Assembly (NCBI GenBank): GCA_963663405.2 | Contig: CAXXSM010000027.1 | Coordinates: forward strand, 1-61,967 | DNA length: 61,967 nt | Direction of reading: 5' to 3' | From: a bacterium | GTDB taxonomy: Bacteria > Hinthialibacterota > Hinthialibacteria > Hinthialibacterales > Hinthialibacteraceae | Part shown: piece by piece, positions 31,696 through 43,132 of the stretch | How positions within the stretch are numbered: position 1 is the first letter of the stretch | How the letters are laid out: each line of letters opens with the position of its first letter | The notes under the pieces: generated by a model | Database searches by the model: none | What the model saw: only the letters and a program-made list of their open reading frames with translations | What the model was told of the DNA's origin: nothing | Translations under genes and position numbers: made by a program

Positions 31696-32973
31696 CTAAT
31701 TATCCTTTTTACGGCTGATTGTGATGGCAGAGAAAAGCATCAAACATGTAGTGATCGCATCCGTTAGAACCGTAATCCAAGCGGCGCCGATAAAGTGATA
31801 GGTTGGAATTACGTAATAGTTGCCAATTATATTGATCGATACACCTAAAATATTGACAAACATATAGCAAAAAGCGCCTTTTTTTCCAAAGTTAACAAGA
31901 TAAAAGCCAATGGCGTTTCCGCCGAAAACAATCGGCAGAGACCACGCCATTACAAAGAAACCATCTGAAGCCATCCGAAACGTATCTGGATACAAAAATG
32001 AGGTTATATTCGAGCGGAATATAATAATCACGATCCCTAAAAACAATCCGGTTAAAAAAAACATAAAACCGATTTTAACCGATACAAGCAAAGCATATCT
32101 GGGATTTTGATGGACCATTTTGCTGACGGATGGCGCAAACGCGTGATAAAAGGCGGAAATGAAAATAGATAAAAAACCAATCGGCCGAAATACACATCCA
32201 TAGATCGCAATCATCCGTTCATATCCCAGCAGCTGCAACATCAACACATCAATACGCGCATAGATAATAAACGCGATCGCGCCGATACTAATAGGTGTGA
32301 TATCCATTAATAGATCGCGGTATTTCATTCGTTGGATATCAAATTCCTTTTCTTTCGAATCCGTGATGTACATCCTGGAATGTATCGATAAGATCGTACC
32401 CTGCGCGAAAAAGCGCAAACAGATTCCACCGGCCGCCCAAATAACGGGATAGGGTAAAAAAAGAACACAAACCAGTGTAACGAGAGTGATACCAAGACTG
32501 CTTGCCAGGCCAACATACACAGGAAATTTCACATGATCTTTTGAGCGATAAAAAGCTTCATACAATTCCGTGCGGGATTGAATATAGATCGTAATACAAA
32601 AAAAACCGATGATGATGGCATGTAATGATGAGCCGGTGGATAAAAGGACAAGAAGGTAAATCGCCAATCCAACCAAGAGTGTCGCACAGCGAAGCAATCT
32701 TCTGATCGAGTTTGAATTTGCCCGCCACCAATTTTGATTGCGGGCGTTTTCCCGCACAATAACAGCGGCTACACTGGAACCGATAATTCCAACGCCGATT
32801 TCCAGGCAAGACCGGCCCAGTTCATAAATATCCATATGGGATTTTGGAATGATTCGAAGGAGCAACAAAAAAAAGCCAAATTGGATCAAACCACTAAAAA
32901 GCTGATAAACGCCCAGCCAAATAGCGTTTTGCGTTATCGTTGAAAAGGACGCGATCTTTTGGTTTTTAACCAT
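31696..32973 (-). CDS. Second Wzx-like flippase
   Basis: Multi-TM; IYARIDVLML, IP.Y.FIGAAW.T. Confidence 0.8.
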   Translation of the reverse strand: MVKNQKIASFSTITQNAIWLGVYQLFSGLIQFGFFLLLLRIIPKSHMDIYELGRSCLEIGVGIIGSSVAAVIVRENARNQNWWRANSNSIRRLLRCATLLVGLAIYLLVLLSTGSSLHAIIIGFFCITIYIQSRTELYEAFYRSKDHVKFPVYVGLASSLGITLVTLVCVLFLPYPVIWAAGGICLRFFAQGTILSIHSRMYITDSKEKEFDIQRMKYRDLLMDITPISIGAIAFIIYARIDVLMLQLLGYERMIAIYGCVFRPIGFLSIFISAFYHAFAPSVSKMVHQNPRYALLVSVKIGFMFFLTGLFLGIVIIIFRSNITSFLYPDTFRMASDGFFVMAWSLPIVFGGNAIGFYLVNFGKKGAFCYMFVNILGVSINIIGNYYVIPTYHFIGAAWITVLTDAITTCLMLFSAITISRKKDN

Positions 32974-33137
32974 TTTGAACTTGATGATATGAAGACAATA
33001 TATTCATATAACACGATATACTTGTATCTACTGTATCTAACGTTTCAACAAACATCCACATCTTAAAGTTGTTAATAGTTTTTTTCAGGAAATAGGATCA
33101 ATCGTATAAGCGGCTTGAATCATTAGGTCAAAATGAG

Positions 33138-34316
33138 ATGAGGAATCCATTCGATATTGCATTTGATATCAGTTTCCTGCCTTCGACTGGAGGGTTTGGA
33201 ACCCATACAGCTCAATCGCTGCGTTATTTTATAAAGCATGACACGAAGCGGAATTATCTTCTTCTTGAAAACGAAATTCCTCCACTCACTTCCCAAACAC
33301 AAAACCGGGATGAAAATCGAGCGGCCAGATGGAGAAAGTTGCCTCCACATTGGCGCTATGAAAAAACAACTCGGCGCTCCCGTCTATTGTGGATGCTCTA
33401 CGATCTACCCATACTATTGAAAAAATATAAACCAAGGATATTTCACTCTCTCGATAATGTCACGGTCCCGGCCCGGTTAGACTTTTGCCAAACGGTATTA
33501 ATTCTACATGATATGATTCCGATATCACATCCACACTATTGCCGGTTGCAGGATGCGATCATCTGCCGGTGGTTATTCCACCGCGCCATTAAAAACGCAT
33601 CCAAAATTTTTACTGTATCACACTATTCTGCGGAACAGATTGTAAAACACTACCCCCATGCGGAACCGAAGTTATCCATCATTCCAGATGGTGTGGATCA
33701 CGAACGGTTTTTTCCCATAGAAGATCAAGAACGACTGGCTGAATCGTTAGCGCAAAAATATAGACTCTATTCACCAAAATATTTTTTAATTGTCACAACG
33801 CTCAGCCCACGCCGTAATGTAACTCGCTTCGTTAAAGCGTATGCGGAACATGTCAAGCGCGCACAAGAGAAAGAAACGTGCTTGACTATAGCCGGATGCC
33901 GTGGATGGAAAAATCACGATGTATTTGCTATGACACGGGATCTTGGATTGGACAATCGAGTCCATTTTCTTGACTATGTTCCAGATTATGAATTAACTGA
34001 ATTGTACCAATCGGCCTTCGCTCTCGCTCAACCCAGTCTATTGGAAGGATTCGGCCTCGTCGTTTTAGAAGCGATGGCCTGCGGCGCCCCTGTAATCTGT
34101 TCTTCAACAACCGCTTTGGGCGAAGTGTCCGGCGCCGCCGCGAGAACATTTGATCCATTGGATGAACATTCCATTTCCCAAGCGATTTCAGACATCTATC
34201 GAGATGATTCTATACGAAAAGATCTTTCTCGGCGGGGAATCGACCATGCAAAAAAATTTCATTGGGAAACAACCACAAAACAGGTTATTAATCTTTTTGA
34301 TTCCATACTGGAATAA
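33138..34316 (+). CDS. Glycosyltransferase family 4
   Basis: HDMIP, PSLLEGFGLVVLEAMACG, FHWETT. Confidence 0.9.
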   Translation: MRNPFDIAFDISFLPSTGGFGTHTAQSLRYFIKHDTKRNYLLLENEIPPLTSQTQNRDENRAARWRKLPPHWRYEKTTRRSRLLWMLYDLPILLKKYKPRIFHSLDNVTVPARLDFCQTVLILHDMIPISHPHYCRLQDAIICRWLFHRAIKNASKIFTVSHYSAEQIVKHYPHAEPKLSIIPDGVDHERFFPIEDQERLAESLAQKYRLYSPKYFLIVTTLSPRRNVTRFVKAYAEHVKRAQEKETCLTIAGCRGWKNHDVFAMTRDLGLDNRVHFLDYVPDYELTELYQSAFALAQPSLLEGFGLVVLEAMACGAPVICSSTTALGEVSGAAARTFDPLDEHSISQAISDIYRDDSIRKDLSRRGIDHAKKFHWETTTKQVINLFDSILE

Positions 34317-34631
34317 AACAAAAACGCGTGCATAGGTATCGCTTAAAAAGTGAGACATTTAGCGTTTTATTTTTTGAATCTACTTCATTTTTGATTTGTT
34401 ATCTATTTTCTGTCACGGTCCAAAATGACTTAAAGCGAAAACCAATTCACTTTTTGATGAATGTTTCTTTGAAACGTAAAATTCTTCCCTGCGATTTTCT
34501 CGATGTAAGCAGTGTGGAAGCAGAATTTTGTACCAATCGACTTCTGATCATTCTTCTCAACGATTATATTCAAACCGGTGAATTTCCTCCATTCCCTTTT
34601 GGCGCCACTTCAAATGAGCCAATACATTGGA

Positions 34632-35054
34632 TTAATGTAGAAAAGAAGCATGAATAACGACATGAATTAAATCGTTATCCGGGTTGAAACTACCACAAAA
34701 TTTATAAATCATACATTCTTCCTTTGATCTCATGAAAAAAAGCTCCCCACAAATGACCATCAACACGCCGCATTCGCGCAACGATTGATTGATCACGATT
34801 TCCCGATTCTCAATCCTCGTTTCCAACTCCTCGATTTCCGATTCCAATCCAACCTTTTGCTGTTTATCCAGTATCTCTTTCTTTAATTTCCTTCGTTCTG
34901 TAAGACTCATTTTGTCCATCAGTTGGCGCTGTTTTGCAGAAAACAGACTGGAATCCAGAGCCAGGAAACGTTCATTGAGTGTTTTAAGAGAATTCAGTGA
35001 TTTCTTCAAATAGTGGTTCGATCGAAACGTCATTTGTATTTTCTGAGTGAGCAA
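34632..35054 (-). CDS. Hypothetical coiled-coil protein
   Basis: 140-aa charged helical ORF; start uncertain. Confidence 0.35.
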   Translation of the reverse strand: MLTQKIQMTFRSNHYLKKSLNSLKTLNERFLALDSSLFSAKQRQLMDKMSLTERRKLKKEILDKQQKVGLESEIEELETRIENREIVINQSLRECGVLMVICGELFFMRSKEECMIYKFCGSFNPDNDLIHVVIHASFLH

Positions 35055-35094
35055 GGATCGGGCCCGGAGATTCCCTCCCTATAGACGCAATTAA

Positions 35095-38000
35095 TCAACC
35101 AAAACATACAACTTGCCCGTCCTTCAATGTGAGAATGATCCGTCCCTCGTGGTCCACTGCCAGCCCCCAAGACACGGGAGGAGCTGGTAGGGGATGTGAC
35201 CAGAGGATCGAACCATCCTGGATACGCAACGCGGTTACTTCGGTTTGTGTCGCGACAATCACCGCATTATCCGTGGCCGCGCAGGCGGCGCTTTCAGGAC
35301 ACTCGTATTCCCAGACTGGCTTCTCGGTAACTGCGAGTTCGCCCCACGTGGGGATCATATACGTCGCGTGCTCCCTATCCCTGACACTCTTGTTCAATAG
35401 TTCCTTCGTGATGGGCTTGTAGCACATGACCTTCTTATTATCCTTCCAGGCCACATCCCAATACGAGGTAGACACGAGGAGTGTCTTTTTCGCTGTTGTT
35501 GGATCGATTGTTGGATATTCGGGATCACCGTAATATGGCTGACCACAAGCCACAACTTTATCCCCGATCAAGAAGAGTTCACTACCACGGGGGCGCGGAC
35601 GATTCACACCGTTGAAGAGTATCAGATTCATTCAAACAGGCGCCATCGGCAAGATTATATACAGCCGGGGAAAGTGAGGAGCCGCCAGGTAAATACAGTT
35701 TGTGGTCATTAATCAGCATAGGGCCTTGAACGCTGATCCCCGTTCGCGCCGCTTGATCCAGGTGTCCAGATACGCTGTTTTGCCAACGGAGCGCGCCTGT
35801 AGCGGCGTCGAGCGCATACACGTATGTGCCATCGTAATTAACAATCCCGGCGGCAAAATACGCGATCCCATCATCCACCCGCACTCCACTGGCCACAGGC
35901 CAGGTGGACAGCAACGCGCCATAGACAGGAATCTTGCGCTCTTCCGGAGCGGCGCGAAAACTCCAAAGCCGCCGGCCGGTTTGCGCTTCGAAAGCATACA
36001 CACGCCCGTCTCCAGATCCAACTAATACTCTCCCGTTCCAGACAGTGGGCGATACCCGGACACCCCCTCCAACATAGGCTTTCCATTCGAGTCTTCCCGT
36101 GCGTCCATCAAGAGCGCGGACAATTCCATCCGAGCCACTGAGAAATGTAAGATCCCCCACAGAGACAGGCGCGGTGGGAGTAAAAGCAGCGCGAGGCTCC
36201 GCCCGCCAAAGCGGCGCCGCAGTAGTAGGGATAACAGCGCGTGATCGAGCAGTTCCTTGATTGTTGGCGCGGAACGTGGGCCAATCAGCGGCTGATTCGC
36301 GGAGTGGTTCAACTTCCAGAACGCCGCTTGCAGGCGCTTCGCGGCGCTCCGTATCGTTCACCTCTGGATTGAAATCGAAATCTCCCGCCGGTCCCAGACA
36401 GGTTAAGCCATAGAGCGTCAATTGACAGTCACACACCGAAGGCCACCAGTAAAGAAGGCCGTTCGCGATCGTGACTCCATCATGACAGTTGGGCCGCATC
36501 GGCGAGACCCAATGTCTCCGGCTTGTCTCCAAATCAAATCGGGTAGTGCCGCCCATCGCCCGAAAGAAGATCGCGTCCACCGAGCCATTCGGCCGTGTAC
36601 AGGCTCGGCGGCCGATATCGAGTTCGGCTAGGACTTCCCCCGTCAAAGGATCAAATCTCCGGCTGAAGTTGTTTCCCCAGGGACCGCTGATTCCATACAG
36701 CCCATCCTCCCGGAGCACCAACTGGAAATTGTCGTAGGGATATTCCCACAAAACGGTACCATTCTTTGCTGACACAGCAACGAGCTTCTGAATTTGCGGA
36801 CCAGCGAAATACAAAAACGTCATCGCTGCACTTCAAATACACCGTAGTGCGCCAGTTTGTCTGCCATCCTTGCCGGTGCGAATACTTGCCAAGTGCGGCA
36901 AAGAGGGCAGGAGCGTTCTCCGGCGTCTTTCTCCAGACGGGTTTTCCCGTTTCCGCATCGACGCAAGTCAGGAACGAGCCGAATCGAAACAAATAAATGC
37001 GGCCATTTTTCATGCAGGCCGCCCGGCTGTCCGCTGATTCAGATTCGCGATAACTCCATAAGACGCGGTTCGTGACGGGATCAATAGCGATAAGATTTTT
37101 CCCAAATCCCCAAGGATTTTCCGGTTGATTGAATCCTTTCGACACACGATCCCACGGCCAGCCATGCGCATCCCGGCGGCTTCGCTCGATCGGGTCCTTA
37201 GGCTCCTGGACGCCAATGAGCGCATAGAGCACACCATCCTCCAAAGCCATCCACTTCCAAAAGGTCCCTCCTGCGAGATCGGCGGGAGGGATGATCTCAT
37301 CGAGTAGTTTACCGGTTTCCGCATCGAAAACCTTGCAGGACATATCATCCCCCACATACAGCGCTTTCGGCGTTGCGATCATTGTATTGCGATGGATCAT
37401 AATGCCCGACACCAGCGGACGCTTCCACAGCAACGTCCCGTTATAGCCATTGAACGCCACCAGGGTATTCAGCAAAGACTCTTCCCGTTTCTTAAAGGCG
37501 ATATGACCGAACGCTTTGAACACACGGCCAGCCGACGCGACCGCCACTTGTGGCATGGGGGCGTAATAAGGCTCCGCAAGAAATTGGGTCAAGTAGGGAA
37601 ACCGCGCAACGCGATCGTTGGATTGAGGATTATTGTCAGGGCCATGATAGGGATGAGACCAATCGTCGATCCCGTCAGGAAAAGGCTTACTCCACACCTC
37701 ATCCCGGACAAGGGCTTTCCCCTGCGGCCGCAGGACACGAAGCGCCTCTTCCCGGTTGATATCTTGCCCATCCCCCACCGCGATGAGCGCATCCGCGATG
37801 TTGTCCGCCAAATGCAAATGAGTAAGCGAGCCTTTCTCGACGAAAATCCGATTGCCATAAAATCCCGCAACGTCGGCCGCATGGGACGCCGCTTCCACAT
37901 CTTCATCCCCGCGGCAATTGCACGTAAAGAATCAATTCGCTTGCTTCAGTAAGCCGTATAGCCAGATCACATCGAGAATCGCCAAGAACAACACAGATCC

Positions 38001-38190
38001 CCCGCGACACTCCGATTCTTTCGAGAAGAACACTGGCATTCGTGTTTTCATGAATGATTTGAGGGATCGAACTGATAGTCGAATTGAGGAAGATCGCCAA
38101 AGCGATCCAGAACGGCTTTCTCATAATAAGGTCTCCTTCACAAAAAAACATGACAAAATATTGGATGCAAGGTAAAACGTATTTTATCAT
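35095..38190 (-). CDS. PQQ-like beta-propeller protein with N-terminal methyltransferase-like region, split into four ORFs
   Basis: ORFs 37903-38190, 36651-37898, 35582-36823 and 35095-35631 read as one continuous protein (EALRVLRP.G, DDWSHPYHGPDNNPQS, repeated ALDA.TG...W). Confidence 0.75.
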
Positions 38191-38892
38191 AACAATCGAT
38201 CAAGTACTATTTTAGAAAGGAATTAATCCACTTTTAGATCTTGAAATCGGGAGACAAATTTGATAGGGAATGAATGATCCGGAATGAGGCCAAAAACCTT
38301 GTTCCGGTGATTTCAACCCTGTCCAAGGCTGATCAAATACAGCCGAAATCAAGATAGAGACATTTCTACTCTACAAGTATAAAGTGAAACCTGTGAAACA
38401 AGCAATTATAACGGTAAAAAGAGAATGTGATTATTCCATTCATCCTGTTTGCTGCAGGTAATAAGCAAAGCGAGATCGTTAAGCGTCTGTTTCAAATGCG
38501 CATGACACGGGATTTCAATTACACCTGGCATGAAAAGTCCTCCGCGTACGCGTTCGTAGGCATATCGAGTGATTGTGGTAATGTCATGCGTCAATAATAG
38601 ATAGGAGTTTTTATCGAGCGAAGCCGAGATACAAACTCTATTGGACGAAGTGCGGGGGGAATGTGAGAACCAATAACACGCCATTTATTCGCGAAACGGC
38701 TTAATTGAGGAAGAGAAGTTGATAGTTTAGAAAGAGAAAATCCTCTTGAAGCTATAGAAATCCCCTCACGGCAAGAAAAGTAAAAAATCTTCCCGCGTAA
38801 AGTTATAATTTCTTTATATTACCATCGCGATGCTTACAATCGGAATCGATCAGGGGCTTCGATTCCGATTGAGGGTTTCAATGACAATCACG

Positions 38893-40017
38893 TTACAGCT
38901 TTTGCAAACGCGGACATTTAGGCCATTCCGGCGCCGATTCTTGGCCGGTCCGATCGAATACTGCTTTGTCGTTGGTCTCTTTTGAAACGATGGAATTCTC
39001 AACCGATTCGGGAATAGAAACGCTCTCCGCCTTGGGGGCGAGGAGCAAACGGATTCGATTGCGTGTGTCCCGATGACAGTGATGCCACAGCCCATAGTAG
39101 CGGACTTTATGGAAGCCGCGGGGGAGCACATGCATCACGAAGCGCCGCAGAAATTCTTCGCCCGGCAAGCGGAGAGTTCGCCAATGCTTCTCTTTGAAGG
39201 TCTTGTAGCGGAACGTCACGTGGGTAGCGTCCATTGCCAGAAGCCGGTGGTTGGAGATCGCGATGCGATAGACATAGCGCCCCAGGTAATTCAAGATGGC
39301 TTTCACGCCTTTGCCATACGGTTTGCAGAACGAGTTCCAGCCTCTATTCCAGACCTTGGTCTCGATGCCTTGGAAGATCTCCGGCGCCGCTTTTTCGAGC
39401 CGTTCTTTAAAGCGCCGGCGAACGAGTAAGCTGAGCGTTCCCACATGGAGAAGCCATTTCGGGTGGCGGAGTTCCATCCAAGAGTGGCCGTCCTCACTCA
39501 CGGCGCCGGCGCTGACCAACAGATGGACATGTGGATGCAATTCCAGATCTCCCCGCCAAGTGTGCAGCACGGCCAGGATCGCCGGGGTACCGCCAACGAC
39601 TTGGGGATTGCGCATCAGATCCATGATACAGGAAGCAGCCGTCGTCATCAGCAACCCATAGAGAATCTTTTGATGAGCCAAGAAAGCCGCCCGGATAGAC
39701 TGCGGAACTGTTACGATTACATGAAAGTAACGGCAGCCAAGCATCTGGTCTTCCCGCTTCTCGATCCATTGCCGCATCGCCTGGGAATGACAGGACGGAC
39801 AGGATCGATTGCCACACCCGTGATACACCCAGAAGTCTTCGCCGCAGTCCTGACAGTGATAACGATGCCCTCCCAGTTCCGCCGTATGACAGGCCATGAT
39901 ATCGTGCAGCGCTTTACGCTGGGAGGGCAAAAGGCGCTTCCCTTGCTGCCGGATATAGGCCGGGCCAAACCGGCGAACCACATCGCCGAGTTCGAGGTTC
40001 GATGAAGTGCAATTCAT
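38893..40017 (-). CDS. IS91-family Y2 transposase, copy 2 (C-terminus frameshifted)
   Basis: Same protein as 7882-9048 up to CPR, then LQKL*. Confidence 0.9.
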   Translation of the reverse strand: MNCTSSNLELGDVVRRFGPAYIRQQGKRLLPSQRKALHDIMACHTAELGGHRYHCQDCGEDFWVYHGCGNRSCPSCHSQAMRQWIEKREDQMLGCRYFHVIVTVPQSIRAAFLAHQKILYGLLMTTAASCIMDLMRNPQVVGGTPAILAVLHTWRGDLELHPHVHLLVSAGAVSEDGHSWMELRHPKWLLHVGTLSLLVRRRFKERLEKAAPEIFQGIETKVWNRGWNSFCKPYGKGVKAILNYLGRYVYRIAISNHRLLAMDATHVTFRYKTFKEKHWRTLRLPGEEFLRRFVMHVLPRGFHKVRYYGLWHHCHRDTRNRIRLLLAPKAESVSIPESVENSIVSKETNDKAVFDRTGQESAPEWPKCPRLQKL

Positions 40018-40026
40018 GATTCCTCC

Positions 40027-40874
40027 TCACATCAGATCGGCGAACACGGCGTTGATCCGATCCTGAGCCTCGTGGCGAAGCGGCTCAGTCAAATGAGTGT
40101 AGATCTGTGTCGAACGAATACTGGAATGGCCGAGAAGAATCTGGACAACGCGCAGGCTTTCGCCGTTCTCCAGCAATCTGCTGGCAAACGAATGACGCAT
40201 CGAATGCGGCTTCACATCGTCTGTCAGCCCGGTAGCGTTACAGGCCAAGCGAAACGCTTTGCCGAGTGTCGATGAGGGAATGTGGTTGGAGCCTTGTTGG
40301 TTGGGGAATAGCCAGGTGGGATGGCGATGCATCAACCAGAGTTCACGCATCGGCTCCAACAAGGTGTCCGGGAGAGGAACGATTCGCTCTTTATCGCCCT
40401 TCCCAATAATCCGTAAACTCATTTGGTTGGAATCGATCTGCCGCACCGGAAGAGAGATGACTTCACTGGTCCGAAGGCCGCACGCATACATCAACGTTAG
40501 AGCCAACCGGTAGGGCGTTTTCCTGACGGCGGCCAGGAGGGCGCGAACTTGGGAATGGGTTAATGAATGCGGCAGGCGCTTTTGGCGAGGCTTACGAATC
40601 TTTTTTTTGCAAACAACGGCCACCCCAGATCCAGCGTGGTTTGATAAAGAAATTTCAGCGCGCTGTAGTGGACCTGAAACGTTCCGAGAGCGACTTTCTT
40701 CACGTCTCGCAAATTCAGTAAATAGACCCGGACGAGTTCCTCGCTAATGCATTCTGGCGAGCAATCAAATTCTAGAGCGAATGAGGCGACGGCTCGGACG
40801 TATGCTTTTTGCGTGCCTTCGCTCAGTCCTGCTAACGTCATGTCTTCGATCATGCGTTTCCGTAATGATTTCAT
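40027..40874 (-). CDS. Tyrosine recombinase, copy 2 (two ORFs 40560-40874 and 40027-40623 joined at A8)
   Basis: Translations identical to copy 1. Confidence 0.9.
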
Positions 40875-41193
40875 GATCTTTCTCCTGTAAATAAGTAGTG
40901 GTTGGCAGTCTTACAGCCACTGCCTTCTCAGAAGAAATACATGACAACTCAGGAGATTTCGCAAGGGGATTGTTCAACTAGAAAATTCGGCGTACGACAC
41001 TCTGCGGCGGAGCCGCTTCGTCCAATATGCGTTTTTCTGAAGCCGCTCATTCGAGGATGATAGGATCGCTTTCCCCCGTTAATCCCACGTCCTGAATTCG
41101 GACTAAATCGAGGTCTGGAAAACGGTTAAGAAGCGCTCGTACTATTGCTTTGTTGAAATTCTCGTCTGCCGCGAAGCGAAGCATGGCGGTATC

Positions 41194-41523
41194 TTATGGT
41201 TTGTACATACGCGACAGCAACTGTTTGCGCAGGCCGGATTGATCGTAGTGGGATTTAATTTCTTGAAGCGCGGCTTCATGCTCGGATTGACGTTTTTCTA
41301 GGTAAGCGTTAACGTCTTTTTTATGATGAAGATAATATCCGATTACTTGGTAGACATCGGCAACTTTTAGCACCGGATACTGACTAGCGATTTCTTCAGC
41401 TGTCAGGCCGGACTCATATGCTTTGATCACCGTATCCAGCGTCACACGCGTTTGCCCAATACGTATGGCGCCATCTTGGTCGTATGCCATTGGCAATTTT
41501 GATTCAACGAATGCAAGTGCCAT
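41194..41523 (-). CDS. DUF433 family antitoxin-like protein
   Basis: IRIGQTRVTLDTVI...G.TAEEIASQYPVLKVADVYQVIGYYL; GGAGG RBS before ATG 41523. Confidence 0.85.
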   Translation of the reverse strand: MALAFVESKLPMAYDQDGAIRIGQTRVTLDTVIKAYESGLTAEEIASQYPVLKVADVYQVIGYYLHHKKDVNAYLEKRQSEHEAALQEIKSHYDQSGLRKQLLSRMYKP

Positions 41524-41998
41524 TACTATATCCTCCAACTTTGAAATTCTACTCTAAAATCCAACACAGTTCAAATTCTTTTCGTTCTACTACGAAAAAG
41601 CACTGGAACCGAGCTCAGCCGATTTTTGATCGGCTGTCTATTCTAAAAAGGCTGAAAATCATTGATTATTGCAAGCAAAATATCAGACAAAATCAGCCAA
41701 AATAGATAGGAGTTTTTATCGAGCGAAGCCGAGATACAAACTCTATTGGACGAAGTGCGGGGGGAATGTGAGAACCTATAACACACCATTAATTCGCGAA
41801 ACGGTTCAATTGAGAAAGAGAAGTTGATGGTTTAGAAAGAGAAAATCATCTTGAAACTATAGAAATCCCATCACGGCAAGAAAAGTAAAAAAATCTTCCC
41901 ACGTAAAGTTATAATTTCTTTGTATAGCCATCGCGATGCTTACAATCGGAATCGATCAGGGGCTTCGATTCCGATTGAGGGTTTCAATGACAATCACG

Positions 41999-43123
41999 TT
42001 ACAGCTTTTGCAAACGCGGACATTTAGGCCATTCCGGCGCCGATTCTTGGCCGGTCCGATCGAATACTGCTTTGTCGTTGGTCTCTTTTGAAACGATGGA
42101 ATTCTCAACCGATTCGGGAATAGAAACGCTCTCCGCCTTGGGGGCGAGGAGCAAACGGATTCGATTGCGTGTGTCCCGATGACAGTGATGCCACAGCCCA
42201 TAGTAGCGGACTTTATGGAAGCCGCGGGGGAGCACATGCATCACGAAGCGCCGCAGAAATTCTTCGCCCGGCAAGCGGAGAGTTCGCCAATGCTTCTCTT
42301 TGAAGGTCTTGTAGCGGAACGTCACGTGGGTAGCGTCCATTGCCAGAAGCCGGTGGTTGGAGATCGCGATGCGATAGACATAGCGCCCCAGGTAATTCAA
42401 GATGGCTTTCACGCCTTTGCCATACGGTTTGCAGAACGAGTTCCAGCCTCTATTCCAGACCTTGGTCTCGATGCCTTGGAAGATCTCCGGCGCCGCTTTT
42501 TCGAGCCGTTCTTTAAAGCGCCGGCGAACGAGTAAGCTGAGCGTTCCCACATGGAGAAGCCATTTCGGGTGGCGGAGTTCCATCCAAGAGTGGCCGTCCT
42601 CACTCACGGCGCCGGCGCTGACCAACAGATGGACATGTGGATGCAATTCCAGATCTCCCCGCCAAGTGTGCAGCACGGCCAGGATCGCCGGGGTCCCGCC
42701 AACGACTTGGGGATTGCGCATCAGATCCATGATACAGGAAGCAGCCGTCGTCATCAGCAACCCATAGAGAATCTTTTGATGAGCCAAGAAAGCCGCCCGG
42801 ATAGACTGCGGAACTGTTACGATTACATGAAAGTAACGGCAGCCAAGCATCTGGTCTTCCCGCTTCTCGATCCATTGCCGCATCGCCTGGGAATGACAGG
42901 ACGGACAGGATCGATTGCCACACCCGTGATACACCCAGAAGTCTTCGCCGCAGTCCTGACAGTGATAACGATGCCCTCCCAGTTCCGCCGTATGACAGGC
43001 CATGATATCGTGCAGCGCTTTACGCTGGGAGGGCAAAAGGCGCTTCCCTTGCTGCCGGATATAGGCCGGGCCAAACCGGCGAACCACATCGCCGAGTTCG
43101 AGGTTCGATGAAGTGCAATTCAT
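41999..43123 (-). CDS. IS91-family Y2 transposase, copy 3
   Basis: Protein identical to copy 2. Confidence 0.9.
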   Translation of the reverse strand: MNCTSSNLELGDVVRRFGPAYIRQQGKRLLPSQRKALHDIMACHTAELGGHRYHCQDCGEDFWVYHGCGNRSCPSCHSQAMRQWIEKREDQMLGCRYFHVIVTVPQSIRAAFLAHQKILYGLLMTTAASCIMDLMRNPQVVGGTPAILAVLHTWRGDLELHPHVHLLVSAGAVSEDGHSWMELRHPKWLLHVGTLSLLVRRRFKERLEKAAPEIFQGIETKVWNRGWNSFCKPYGKGVKAILNYLGRYVYRIAISNHRLLAMDATHVTFRYKTFKEKHWRTLRLPGEEFLRRFVMHVLPRGFHKVRYYGLWHHCHRDTRNRIRLLLAPKAESVSIPESVENSIVSKETNDKAVFDRTGQESAPEWPKCPRLQKL

Positions 43124-43132
43124 GATTCCTCC

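Larger units (their letters stand above)
38598..41025 (-). mobile_element. Tyrosine recombinase + Y2 transposase element, copy 2 (2428 bp)
   Basis: Appears identical to copy 1 except one extra base near the transposase 3' end. Confidence 0.92.
38406..41184 (-). pseudogene. DUF5615/PIN-like toxin gene interrupted by element copy 2 and carrying an in-frame TGA
   Basis: 41184-41026 gives MLRFAADENF...DPIILE*AASEKRI; 38597-38406 continues in frame LLTHD...HILFLPL; downstream of a DUF433 gene. Confidence 0.85.

Noticed and set aside
38406-38684. 92-aa ORF as an independent gene
   Set aside because: It is a chimera of the element's right end and the 3' half of the interrupted toxin gene.
41047-41049. 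TGA recoded as Trp (alternative genetic code)
   Set aside because: Many intact genes here end in TGA and use TGG for Trp, and this gene is already disrupted.
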